Below are positions 1 through 9,200 of a stretch of DNA of 64,000 nucleotides, in pieces. The notes under the pieces were generated by a model. The model was not told the origin of the DNA, did not search any database, and saw only the letters and a program-made list of their open reading frames with translations. Within the stretch, counting starts at the first letter, position 1, and the number at the start of each line of letters is the position of its first letter. A program made the translations under genes and the position numbers. The DNA comes from Basidiobolus meristosporus CBS 931.73 (taxonomy: Eukaryota; Fungi; Basidiobolomycota), in the NCBI GenBank assembly GCA_002104905.1, contig MCFE01000191.1, positions 1 through 64,000 on the forward strand, read 5' to 3'.

Positions 1-259
1 TTGCCTATTTGGGATTGTTTGAAAGCACCAGTGGCTGAACACCAGTGGCTGAATAAATTGCTGCCGGTTGGCCATTCTTCTGGTAGTCATATCAGATCTC
101 GTCGTTATACTCAACTTAGCTTGTCCATCTTGTTCCCGCGACTTGACCTCATAGCATACTCGAACTCACCCCTAACTCATACATATCCATCCTGATTCCG
201 ATTTTGGTTGGCTGCATTTAATTCTTTGATAACTCATCTTTCAATAGCCCGTGGGGAAC

Positions 260-3200
260 ATGGCGCAATCCATTCCCCAGATATGCCACCCCTTATCTGC
301 TGCCCAGACAGAGATTTGGGTAGCGCAACAGTTGAACCCTGAAAGTGCTGTCTACAATATAGCCCAGTTCATTGAAATCCCGGGCACCATTGATGCTGTG
401 TTATTCGAGGAGGCATTGCGGCAAGTACTAATGGAGGCTGAGGCTATGCGACTCCAGTTCATTGAAGATGAAGCTGGTGTTAGACAGTTTGTTGGTCCAT
501 TGAACTGGTCATTACCCCTGATTGATACCAGCGCCGACCCCAATCCTCAAGCAGCTGCTGAAGCCTGGATGAGGGCTGATTGTCAAAGGCCACTGAATCT
601 TCGACAAGGCCATAAGTTTAGATATGCTTTGCTGAAGGTCGACACCTGTCGATATATTTGGTATCAATGTGTTCATCATATCTTGATAGATGGTTATAGC
701 GGTGCACTAATTGCACAACGTGCTGCTCAAGTATACAGTGCACTGGTGAGTCACACTACAACAGAATGCCTTATGAGACCGTTCGCACATCTCCTACAAA
801 GCGATACGAACTATCGAGCTTCGGCTCAATTTACCGAAGACCAAGAGTACTGGCTTAGTCACTGCAAAGATTGGCCTGAGGCAGTGACACTATCAGGAAA
901 AACTGCCCTAGCTTTACATCAGCCAATACGCCAGACAACCGTATTTTCCTCTCAGCTCGTTCCTACCTATGCTTCGGACCCTCGTCACTTCACGTACGTT
1001 GTGATAGCCGCTATAGCGACATATCTTCACCGTTGGACAGGTGCTCAAGAGGTATCCTTAGGCTTCCCAGCTAAAGCCCGATTTGGTGAGGACCGCCGCA
1101 TCCCTGGCATGGCAGCCAATGTGTTGCCTATTCGAGTTATCATACAGCCAGACACCACCTTTTCGCAATTAGCTGATCAGGTAGCATACGAGATTCGGGG
1201 CGGATTGAGACATCAGCGCTACCGGTGTGAGGAGTTAAAGCGAGAACCTCGATTTGGGCGAAGCCAACCCTTATTTGGACCCACGATCAATTTTATGCCG
1301 TTCGATTATAACTTGGCATTTGGTCAATATTTGTCCACAAACCACAACCTCCTTAACGGACCTATTGATGATCTGGCGATCAGTGTGTATACAGGATCTA
1401 ATGACTCTCCTTTACGAATCGATTTCGACGCCAACCCGATACTGTATACAAGTGCTGACCTGATGGCACATCAACGGCGTATTCTGGACCTACTGGATAT
1501 CCTTGTCTCAAACCCTTCTCAGCCAGTAGCCAGCATGAACATTATCAGCGCCTGTGAGAAAAGACAACTAATGGATTGGAATGATACCGCTATGCCATAT
1601 CCTGAACATCTATGTATCCACCAGCTTTTCGAAGAGCAGGTTGCACGCGCTCCCGATGCCACTGCCCTCGTGTATGCAGATCAGGTCTTAAGCTATGCTG
1701 CATTGAACGCGCGCGCCAATTGTCTCGCGCATCAACTCATCGAGCTGGGTGTTCGACCCGATCAACGTGTGGCAATCTGTGTGGAACGCTCGCCAGCGCT
1801 GATTGTGGGCCTGCTGGCCATTCTGAAGGCTGGCGGTGCCTACGTGCCTCTCGACCCAACCTACCCGACGGAGAGGCTAATGCACATTCTTACCGATGCG
1901 GCACCATCTATCCTGTTGGCTGATGAATGTGGACGCAACGCTCTGGGCGAGTCGGCACTCTCCTTCTTGACAGTGCTGGACCCAAACACCCCATCTGGGT
2001 TGGTTACCAGTAATCCATGTATCAATGGATTGACCTCCCACCACCTCGTCTATGTGATTTACACCTCTGGATCTACTGGTACTCCGAAGGGTGTGATGAT
2101 TGAGCATCATGGTTTGTCCAGTCTGTGCACATGGCACAACAGCACCTTTGATGTTCACATTGGTTCTAAGACCACCCTGAATGCCGGAGTGGCATTTGAT
2201 GCCAGTGCATGGGAGATTTGGCCTACTTTGATTAGCGGTGCCACACTTGTTATCCCTGACCCTTCAATTGCTCATAATATACCCGCTCTACTGAAATGGT
2301 GGAGTGATCAGAATTGTGATGTATCCTTTCTGGTCACACCTCTTGCTGTTATGGCTCTATGGGAGAATCAAACTCCCACAAGCTTGCGCTTTTTGTTGAC
2401 TGGTGGAGATCGCCTACCGCGTTTACCGGAATCACTAACCTCTGGACTGGCGATCGTGAACAATTATGGTCCTACCGAGACTACTATTGTCGCCACATCT
2501 GGAATAGTAAAACTCGACGGTGGCCCATCTCATATTGGTAGACCAATCGCCAATACACGTATTTATCTACTAGATATCAACGGTCATCCCGTCCCATTAG
2601 GAGCGATGGGTGAAATACACATCGGCGGAGTAGGCGTAGCTCGTGGTTACCTGAACCGCCCAGAGTTGACAGCAGAACGCTTCTTACCAGATCCATTTAG
2701 TAGGGCCGAAGGTGCTCGCATGTACAAGACTGGTGACATGGCGCGCTACCTACCAGATGGCAATCTTGAGTTCGTAGGTCGTAATGACTTCCAGGTCAAG
2801 ATCCGCGGATATCGAATCGAAGTGACCGAGATCGAGGCACATCTTGTTGAACATCCCATGGTAAAAGAGGCGGTGGTTCTGGCCCTAGGTGAAGAGAGCA
2901 ACAAGCGACTGGTTGCATACGTTGTTGCTGATCCTGTTGAACACCTCGCCAACTCCCTGCGCTCATACTTGGCACCAAGATTACCCGATTATATGCTGCC
3001 TGCCGCCTTTGTGCGTCTGGATACTTTTCCGCTTTCCTTCAATGGTAAGCTGGATCGCCGAGCACTCCCGGCTCCCGGAACAGAAGCATTTGTTCATCAA
3101 GCTTACGAAGCCCCACGAGGTGAGGTCGAAATAATACTCGCAACAATATGGGCTGAATTGTTAGGCTTAGAACGCGTCAGTCGCCATGACAACTTCTTTG

Positions 3201-6200
3201 AGCTTGGCGGCCATTCACTGCTTGCTGTACAGATGGTTGAGCGGCTATGTCGCCATGGTCTTACGGCCTCTATTCGTGTGCTGTTTGAGAGTCCGACGCT
3301 TAGTACATTGGCGCAATCACTGGATCAGTTCCGAGAGATAGCGATCCCACCTAACCTAATATCAGTCAACACCACCACATTGACACCAGACCTGCTACCG
3401 CTCATCAACCTCACACAAGCAGATATCGATCAAATTTTATCAGAAGTCCCCGGTGGGGTATCCAATATCCAGGATATCTATTCTTTATCTCCACTTCAGG
3501 ATGGAATCCTATTTCATCATTTGTTAACTACCGTGGGTGACCCCTATTTACTTGTAGCTCAAATGGCATTTGAGAGCAGCACCGTACTTGATCGCTACCT
3601 GGATGCGGCCCAACAGGTTGTCAATCGCCACGATATCTTGCGCACAGCATTCATCTGGGAGAACTTGTCAACACCAGCCCAGGTAGTCCTGCGCCATGCT
3701 CCCATATCCATCACCGAGCTATCACTGAATCCAAAGAATGGGCCTATCATCAAGCAACTCACCGATCGTTTCAACCCAAGTCAACATCGTATTAATCTGA
3801 GTCAGGCACCATTGCTGCGATTGATGATTGCTCAGGACACTGACGACCGTTGGATAGCTATATGCTTGATGCACCACCTCATTGGCGATCATTCAACACT
3901 AGATGTGATGCATTCTGAGATCCAGGCCTTCATCGAAGGCCGAGGTGATACTCTGCCAGCCCCGCAGCCATTCCGTAACCTAGTGGCACAAACACGAATG
4001 GATACTAACCAAGAGTCACACAAGCAATTTTTCACTGATATGTTGGCTGATATCGATGAGCCTACACTTCCTTTCGGGCTAGCCGAGGTTCATCGAGATG
4101 GTGCCAATATTACCAACTCTCAATGTATTCTGCCACAAGACTTAAATGATCGTCTGCGAACCCAAGCTAGGCGATTGGGTGTAAGTCTGGCCGGACTATG
4201 TCATCTGGCATGGGCCCGGGTACTTGCATGCACGAGTGGCCAACAGCAGGTAGTATTTGGCACAGTACTTATCGGAAGAACGCAGGCGGGTGAGGGAGTA
4301 GGCAGAGCGATGGGGCTTTTTATTAACACACTTCCACTGTGTGTTGACCTGGACTCTTGTAATGTTGTGGACAGCGTACGTCAGACTCATACTCGCTTAG
4401 CCACACTGCTACAACACGAGCATGCTTCGCTAGCCTTGGCCCAACGATGTAGTGGTGTATCAGCTGAAACACCATTATTTAGCGCTCTACTGAACTACAG
4501 GCATAGCACTATGCAGTCCAACCAAAATCTAGTATCTTCCGGGTTTGAGTTCTCAATCTCTCAAGAGCGAACTAGCTATCCGTTCACAATGAATGTAGAG
4601 GATTTTGGATCAGCACTTGGTCTGACCGCACAGATAGTAGAGCCGTTTGATTCGGTGCGTGTTTGCAACTACATGCAACAAACACTGCACAATTTGGTGG
4701 AGGCGCTGGAGAAGGATCCCCACATGCCGATTCGTAAGCTGGGGATTCTGCCAAGTGACGAACAGGAGCTATTGCTCCATGCTTGGAATGCCACATCTGC
4801 ACCTTACTCGGATTATCTATGTATCCACCAGCTTTTCGAAGAGCAGGTTGCACGCGCTCCGGATGCCACTGCCCTCGTGTATGCAGATCAGGTCTTAAGC
4901 TATGCTGCACTGAACGCGCGCGCCAATTGTCTCGCGCATCAACTCATCGAGCTGGGTGTTCGACCCGATCAACGTGTGGCAATCTGTGTGGAACGCTCGC
5001 CAGCGCTGATTGTGGGCCTGCTGGCCATTCTGAAGGCTGGCGGTGCCTACGTGCCTCTCGACCCAACCTACCCGACGGAGAGGCTAATGCACATTCTTAC
5101 CGATGCGGCGCCATCTATCCTGTTGGCTGATGAATGTGGACGCAACGCTCTGGGCGAGTCGGCACTCTCCTTCTTGACAGTGCTGGACCCAAACACCCCA
5201 TCTGGGTTGGTTACCAGTAATCCATGTATCAATGGATTGACCTCCCATCACCTAGCTTATGTGATCTATACCTCTGGCTCTACCGGCATTCCAAAAGGTG
5301 TGATGGTCGAGCACAGTGGTGTCGTGAATCTCATCCAGGATCAAATTGCCTGTACTGCGCTACGCCCATCAAGCCGGTTCTTGCATTTTACTACGTTCAG
5401 TTTCGACGTCAGCGTCTCGGAAATTTTTACTGCGCTTGGGTGTGGTGCAAGCTTACATCTGCCCTCTGATACTGTCCGTCGCAATCGGTATGAACTATGG
5501 AATTTCATGGAGGCCAACGCTATCACCCATGCGGTATTTCCCCCGGCCCTCCTCCAAAATGGCAATGATTTACCACTTTTGAGTAATCCTCTGACATTGG
5601 TACTGATAGGTGAGGCACCAAAGGCTGCATTGCTTGAATCCATGCTCCAGCAGGGCATTGTCATCAATGCTTACGGACCGACGGAGACAAGTGTTTGGTC
5701 TACCATATGGCGCTGCACCAATGAAGTCAGCAATGGGATGGTCTCCATTGGTCGACCAATCGCAAACACACGCATTTACCTATTGGATGCTACAGGCCAT
5801 CCTGTCCCGTTGGGTGCGATGGGTGAACTATACATAGGTGGCGCTGGTGTTGCTCGAGGCTACCTGAACCGCCCAGAGCTGACAGCTGAACGCTTCCTAT
5901 CTGATCCATTCAGTGGGACCGAAGGCGCTCGCATGTACAGGACTGGTGACATGGCGCGCTACCTGCCAGATGGCAGACTGGAGTTTGTGGGTCGTAATGA
6001 CTTCCAGGTCAAGATCCGCGGATATCGAATTGAACTAGACGAGATCGAGGCACATCTTGTTGAACATCCCATGGTAAAAGAGGCGGTGGTTCTGGCCCTA
6101 GGTGAAGAGAGCAACAAGCGACTGGTTGCATACGTTGTTGCTGATCCTGTTGAACACCTCGCCAACTCACTGCGCTCATACTTGGCACCAAGATTACCCG

Positions 6201-7318
6201 ACTATATGTTGCCTGCCGCCTTTGTGCGTCTGGATGCCTTGCCATTGTCGCCCAACGGTAAGCTGGATCGCCGAGCACTCCCGGTTCCCGGAACAGAAGC
6301 CTTTGCTCATCAAACTTACGAAGCCCCGCGTGGTGAAGCGGAGACAGCACTAGCAGAGATATGGACTGAGCTACTAGGCCTAGAACGTATCAGTCGCCAT
6401 GACAACTTCTTCGAGCTTGGTGGTCATTCTATACTGGCAGTACGCATGATTAGCCGTATTCGCACAAAACTAGGCGTCGAGATTGCCCTGAGAGTACTCT
6501 TTGAATCACCATCCATCGAAAAACTTGCGAATCAGTTACACACGGAAGGTACTTGCCAAAGTGGATCATTTGATGTATTGCTTCCCATTCAACTCAAAGG
6601 CAGCCTCCCTCCATTGTACTGTATTCATCCTGTTGTTGGCCTGAGCTGGAGTTACATCGGTCTGTCGAAACATTTAAGCCCAGAACAACCTATCTATGGT
6701 CTGCAAGCCCGTGGACTTGATGGAGAAGCACCGCTTGCAGAAACGATTGAAGCTATGGCATTAGACTATCTCAATCAGATTCGCAGTGTTCAGCCTAAAG
6801 GACCTTACCATTTGCTCGGCTGGTCATTTGGGGGAAGCGTTGCCCATAGTATTGCGACACTTTTGCAGCAACAAAACGAAACAGTTGCATTATTGGCTCT
6901 AATGGATAGCTCTCTAACGTACTCCCACCTAGATAATCAATGGGACATGGATCAAGTGAATACATACATAAAACTTCCTCACTACAGTGTTGACGACACC
7001 AAAGACCAAAGCGACTTCTTATGGACTAAGGTTCGACATATTGTCGAAAACAATTGTAATATCGCGAAGGCCTATACTCCACTTGTTTACTATGGCAATG
7101 TGCTGTTTTTTAGCGCCACCATACCGGAGGATGAAAGCTGTCCGCTAATCACACCTGATATGGTGAAGCCTTACATTCTCGGAGCTATCGAGACTTACCG
7201 CATTCCCTGTAAACACAGCGATATGGATAAACCAGTCCCAATTGGTGCAATTGGACGTATCCTAGCAAGAAGCTTGGAGCAATTGTCGCCTCCAGAGTCG
7301 TTGAGGGCTCGACTTTAA
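260..7318 (+). CDS. Intronless bimodular nonribosomal peptide synthetase, Cstarter-A-T-dual E/C-A-T-TE (about 2352 aa), bacterial lipopeptide type
   Basis: C1 HHILIDG (about 674); A3 loops YTSGSTGTPKG and YTSGSTGIPKG; YGPTE, YKTGD and NGKLDR cores twice; PCP FFELGGHSLLA and FFELGGHSILA; C2 GILFHHLLTTVGDPY plus HHLIGDHS; TE GWSFGG and CKHSDM. First ATG at 260. Confidence 0.97.
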   Translation: MAQSIPQICHPLSAAQTEIWVAQQLNPESAVYNIAQFIEIPGTIDAVLFEEALRQVLMEAEAMRLQFIEDEAGVRQFVGPLNWSLPLIDTSADPNPQAAAEAWMRADCQRPLNLRQGHKFRYALLKVDTCRYIWYQCVHHILIDGYSGALIAQRAAQVYSALVSHTTTECLMRPFAHLLQSDTNYRASAQFTEDQEYWLSHCKDWPEAVTLSGKTALALHQPIRQTTVFSSQLVPTYASDPRHFTYVVIAAIATYLHRWTGAQEVSLGFPAKARFGEDRRIPGMAANVLPIRVIIQPDTTFSQLADQVAYEIRGGLRHQRYRCEELKREPRFGRSQPLFGPTINFMPFDYNLAFGQYLSTNHNLLNGPIDDLAISVYTGSNDSPLRIDFDANPILYTSADLMAHQRRILDLLDILVSNPSQPVASMNIISACEKRQLMDWNDTAMPYPEHLCIHQLFEEQVARAPDATALVYADQVLSYAALNARANCLAHQLIELGVRPDQRVAICVERSPALIVGLLAILKAGGAYVPLDPTYPTERLMHILTDAAPSILLADECGRNALGESALSFLTVLDPNTPSGLVTSNPCINGLTSHHLVYVIYTSGSTGTPKGVMIEHHGLSSLCTWHNSTFDVHIGSKTTLNAGVAFDASAWEIWPTLISGATLVIPDPSIAHNIPALLKWWSDQNCDVSFLVTPLAVMALWENQTPTSLRFLLTGGDRLPRLPESLTSGLAIVNNYGPTETTIVATSGIVKLDGGPSHIGRPIANTRIYLLDINGHPVPLGAMGEIHIGGVGVARGYLNRPELTAERFLPDPFSRAEGARMYKTGDMARYLPDGNLEFVGRNDFQVKIRGYRIEVTEIEAHLVEHPMVKEAVVLALGEESNKRLVAYVVADPVEHLANSLRSYLAPRLPDYMLPAAFVRLDTFPLSFNGKLDRRALPAPGTEAFVHQAYEAPRGEVEIILATIWAELLGLERVSRHDNFFELGGHSLLAVQMVERLCRHGLTASIRVLFESPTLSTLAQSLDQFREIAIPPNLISVNTTTLTPDLLPLINLTQADIDQILSEVPGGVSNIQDIYSLSPLQDGILFHHLLTTVGDPYLLVAQMAFESSTVLDRYLDAAQQVVNRHDILRTAFIWENLSTPAQVVLRHAPISITELSLNPKNGPIIKQLTDRFNPSQHRINLSQAPLLRLMIAQDTDDRWIAICLMHHLIGDHSTLDVMHSEIQAFIEGRGDTLPAPQPFRNLVAQTRMDTNQESHKQFFTDMLADIDEPTLPFGLAEVHRDGANITNSQCILPQDLNDRLRTQARRLGVSLAGLCHLAWARVLACTSGQQQVVFGTVLIGRTQAGEGVGRAMGLFINTLPLCVDLDSCNVVDSVRQTHTRLATLLQHEHASLALAQRCSGVSAETPLFSALLNYRHSTMQSNQNLVSSGFEFSISQERTSYPFTMNVEDFGSALGLTAQIVEPFDSVRVCNYMQQTLHNLVEALEKDPHMPIRKLGILPSDEQELLLHAWNATSAPYSDYLCIHQLFEEQVARAPDATALVYADQVLSYAALNARANCLAHQLIELGVRPDQRVAICVERSPALIVGLLAILKAGGAYVPLDPTYPTERLMHILTDAAPSILLADECGRNALGESALSFLTVLDPNTPSGLVTSNPCINGLTSHHLAYVIYTSGSTGIPKGVMVEHSGVVNLIQDQIACTALRPSSRFLHFTTFSFDVSVSEIFTALGCGASLHLPSDTVRRNRYELWNFMEANAITHAVFPPALLQNGNDLPLLSNPLTLVLIGEAPKAALLESMLQQGIVINAYGPTETSVWSTIWRCTNEVSNGMVSIGRPIANTRIYLLDATGHPVPLGAMGELYIGGAGVARGYLNRPELTAERFLSDPFSGTEGARMYRTGDMARYLPDGRLEFVGRNDFQVKIRGYRIELDEIEAHLVEHPMVKEAVVLALGEESNKRLVAYVVADPVEHLANSLRSYLAPRLPDYMLPAAFVRLDALPLSPNGKLDRRALPVPGTEAFAHQTYEAPRGEAETALAEIWTELLGLERISRHDNFFELGGHSILAVRMISRIRTKLGVEIALRVLFESPSIEKLANQLHTEGTCQSGSFDVLLPIQLKGSLPPLYCIHPVVGLSWSYIGLSKHLSPEQPIYGLQARGLDGEAPLAETIEAMALDYLNQIRSVQPKGPYHLLGWSFGGSVAHSIATLLQQQNETVALLALMDSSLTYSHLDNQWDMDQVNTYIKLPHYSVDDTKDQSDFLWTKVRHIVENNCNIAKAYTPLVYYGNVLFFSATIPEDESCPLITPDMVKPYILGAIETYRIPCKHSDMDKPVPIGAIGRILARSLEQLSPPESLRARL
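1608..5247 (+). repeat. Internal NRPS duplication: 1608-2040 vs 4815-5247 (433 bp, near identical, offset 3207); second block about 2729-3200 vs 5941-6420 (offset 3213)
   Basis: Base-by-base comparison shows about 3 mismatches in the first block; the intervening A-domain core is strongly divergent. Confidence 0.93.
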
Positions 7319-7500
7319 CTGGATTGACTACGCTCGTGGTTAATCTTTGCAAATCTTCAAAATGTCCATAATCTTATGCAACAAAAGAACGGTTCTTTAA
7401 CTCTAGAACATCCTTTAATATTTAGAAATCCTTGTTTTTGACTCAATAAATTTAGAATTTGCAGAAGATTGCTATGGGTATAGTGACTAGAGAAGTGTGT

Positions 7501-8364
7501 TTAGCAGGGTCCCATATCAGTCCAGACTCCGTTTTTGCCTGGAATCTCGTTTTGAGTCCACCACTTGGCTTGCCAAAGGTGCCCGTCATAAGTCACTTTT
7601 TGATCACCATTGTATGCAGCACTAGCATCCCAGGCTGGAACTCCGACACATGAACCAGTGGTTGGGGTTGGTTTGGTCGAGGTTGTAGTGGAAGTTGAAG
7701 GCTTCACTGTGGTGGTAGGAGCAGGAGTTGCGCCATCGTCCGTGGCCCCCACAGTAATAATCGGACGGTTATCCAGCAGCTCCTGGCCATCTCCTTGACC
7801 AATATCAAACTCAGGTATAGTGGGATAGCCAGGAAGGTTGGCGACCATTAGCTTAGGGCCTGTGACTTTTCCGCCGGGGATCCCTCCGTTGATAGTGATG
7901 TCAATACAATTCATGTAGTACTCCCGATTCCCTGAAGCGTTGACCCAGGTCCAGGCCAAAGTAGCACGTTTACTAGGGGGAGCGGTCGCGGGAATCGGTA
8001 CATCAAAACTGAGGCTGTCTTTAAAGCAGTTACGGACAACCGTTTTCAAGACGACAAAGGTCTGGTCGTTATCATAGGAGAGTGCAAATTGGCAATGGCC
8101 TCCGTCGTGGGTGTTCCCTGGTGCGAATTGGACTTTCACAGTATCCCCGGCATTGTAGGTGTATTCGACCTTCCCTGGCTTATAACCTTTGCAAGGAAAT
8201 ACTCCCAATGGACTGTTCATATCATAATCAACGTCTCCAACGGACTGATAGTACTCGCTAAAGGTGGACTTCCGAGGCGCGGGCGATTGAATTTCCATAT
8301 GGCCAGATACGGAGCTCAAGGCACATAGCGAGGCAGCAGCAAGTAGATAGGAAGGAACTCTCAT
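7501..8364 (-). CDS. Secreted AA11-type lytic polysaccharide monooxygenase with Thr/Pro linker and C-terminal CBM5/12 chitin-binding module
   Basis: Signal peptide ending SSVSG then His1 (HMEIQSP); FPCKG, THDGGHCQFAL, TLAWTWVN, NREYYMNC; C-terminal AWDASAAYNGDQKVTYDGHLWQAKWWTQ. Intronless. Confidence 0.9.
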   Translation of the reverse strand: MRVPSYLLAAASLCALSSVSGHMEIQSPAPRKSTFSEYYQSVGDVDYDMNSPLGVFPCKGYKPGKVEYTYNAGDTVKVQFAPGNTHDGGHCQFALSYDNDQTFVVLKTVVRNCFKDSLSFDVPIPATAPPSKRATLAWTWVNASGNREYYMNCIDITINGGIPGGKVTGPKLMVANLPGYPTIPEFDIGQGDGQELLDNRPIITVGATDDGATPAPTTTVKPSTSTTTSTKPTPTTGSCVGVPAWDASAAYNGDQKVTYDGHLWQAKWWTQNEIPGKNGVWTDMGPC

Positions 8365-8466
8365 GTCTTACTAGAGGGGTTGGTTGAATGATTGTATAGA
8401 GACCAAGGATCTGAGGCTCTTTATATTTCAAAGTTCGGATGTGTGGCTCGGAAAAATGGCAATAAC

Positions 8467-8606
8467 TGATTTACTAACTGAATGGAAGGAATGTCAATAG
8501 TTGATTTATTAACTGGATGACAGAAATGGTTATAGTTGACTTACCAACTAGATTACTGATTTAATAAGTAGATTATAGTAACTGTTATGGCCGATTTATT
8601 AATTTA
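8467..8606. repeat. Degenerate ~35-bp tandem array with core TGATTTAYTAACT upstream of LPMO1
   Basis: Cores start at 8467, 8502, 8537, 8557 and 8592 (spacing 35, 35, 20, 35); the first two units match at 27/35. Confidence 0.6.
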
Positions 8607-9200
8607 GAGGGAATCATAAATAGATACATATATTACCTCAACTTGGTCAACAATGGTACAAGCACAAAGTGGCAGCAATCAATTTGAACTTTTCGATTAC
8701 CGAACAAATGGCTCCTATGCGTGGCTGTCAGCATTTCCATCGCTCAAGGCCATAACACATGCGTGTGGTACGGTGGCGAATTCAGTGGCTGCTATCACAA
8801 TAGCATACAAACCTCTACACCGTATAATGCAATTGACAATATAATCCTAATTTAACATGAATTCGTGGGAAACTCCGACATAGTTGGCAGGGATTTACGT
8901 TAAACTCATAAGCCGACATTCCAACGTATCTTCTATTTCTACTTCACCTTTAAATGCCAAATCTCTGTCAGCACAATCCATGCAACCTATGACGAGATTG
9001 ATGTGTCTCCCATATTTGATGGTCGGTTGAAGAGTAGCAACATCAGCACTAGTTTTTTGAGTAAATACGTTATAAAATTTGCTTTCCCCTCAACAACAAT
9101 TACCTATAGTATTCTTTGTAGCAGATCAATCAAATTCAAACGGGTTTATTCGATTGAGGTAACACAAGATTCCTAACAATCTCCTGGCAGCACAAGATTC

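Noticed and set aside
26-53. 14-bp tandem duplication caccagtggctgaa x2
   Set aside because: Only two copies; an ordinary slippage event with no supporting context.
260-7318. Bacillibactin DhbF/enterobactin-type siderophore synthetase (same domain order)
   Set aside because: The A1 code is Leu-like rather than Gly/Ser, C2 is dual E/C, and no DHB biosynthesis or aryl-carrier genes are present.
1-7500. NRPS as contaminating endosymbiont contig
   Set aside because: It is contiguous with fungal genes 183 bp away and has no bacterial operon neighbours. This is not fully excluded without reads.
8467-8606. CRISPR-like repeat/spacer array
   Set aside because: Repeats are degenerate, spacers resemble each other, there are no cas genes, and the context is eukaryotic.
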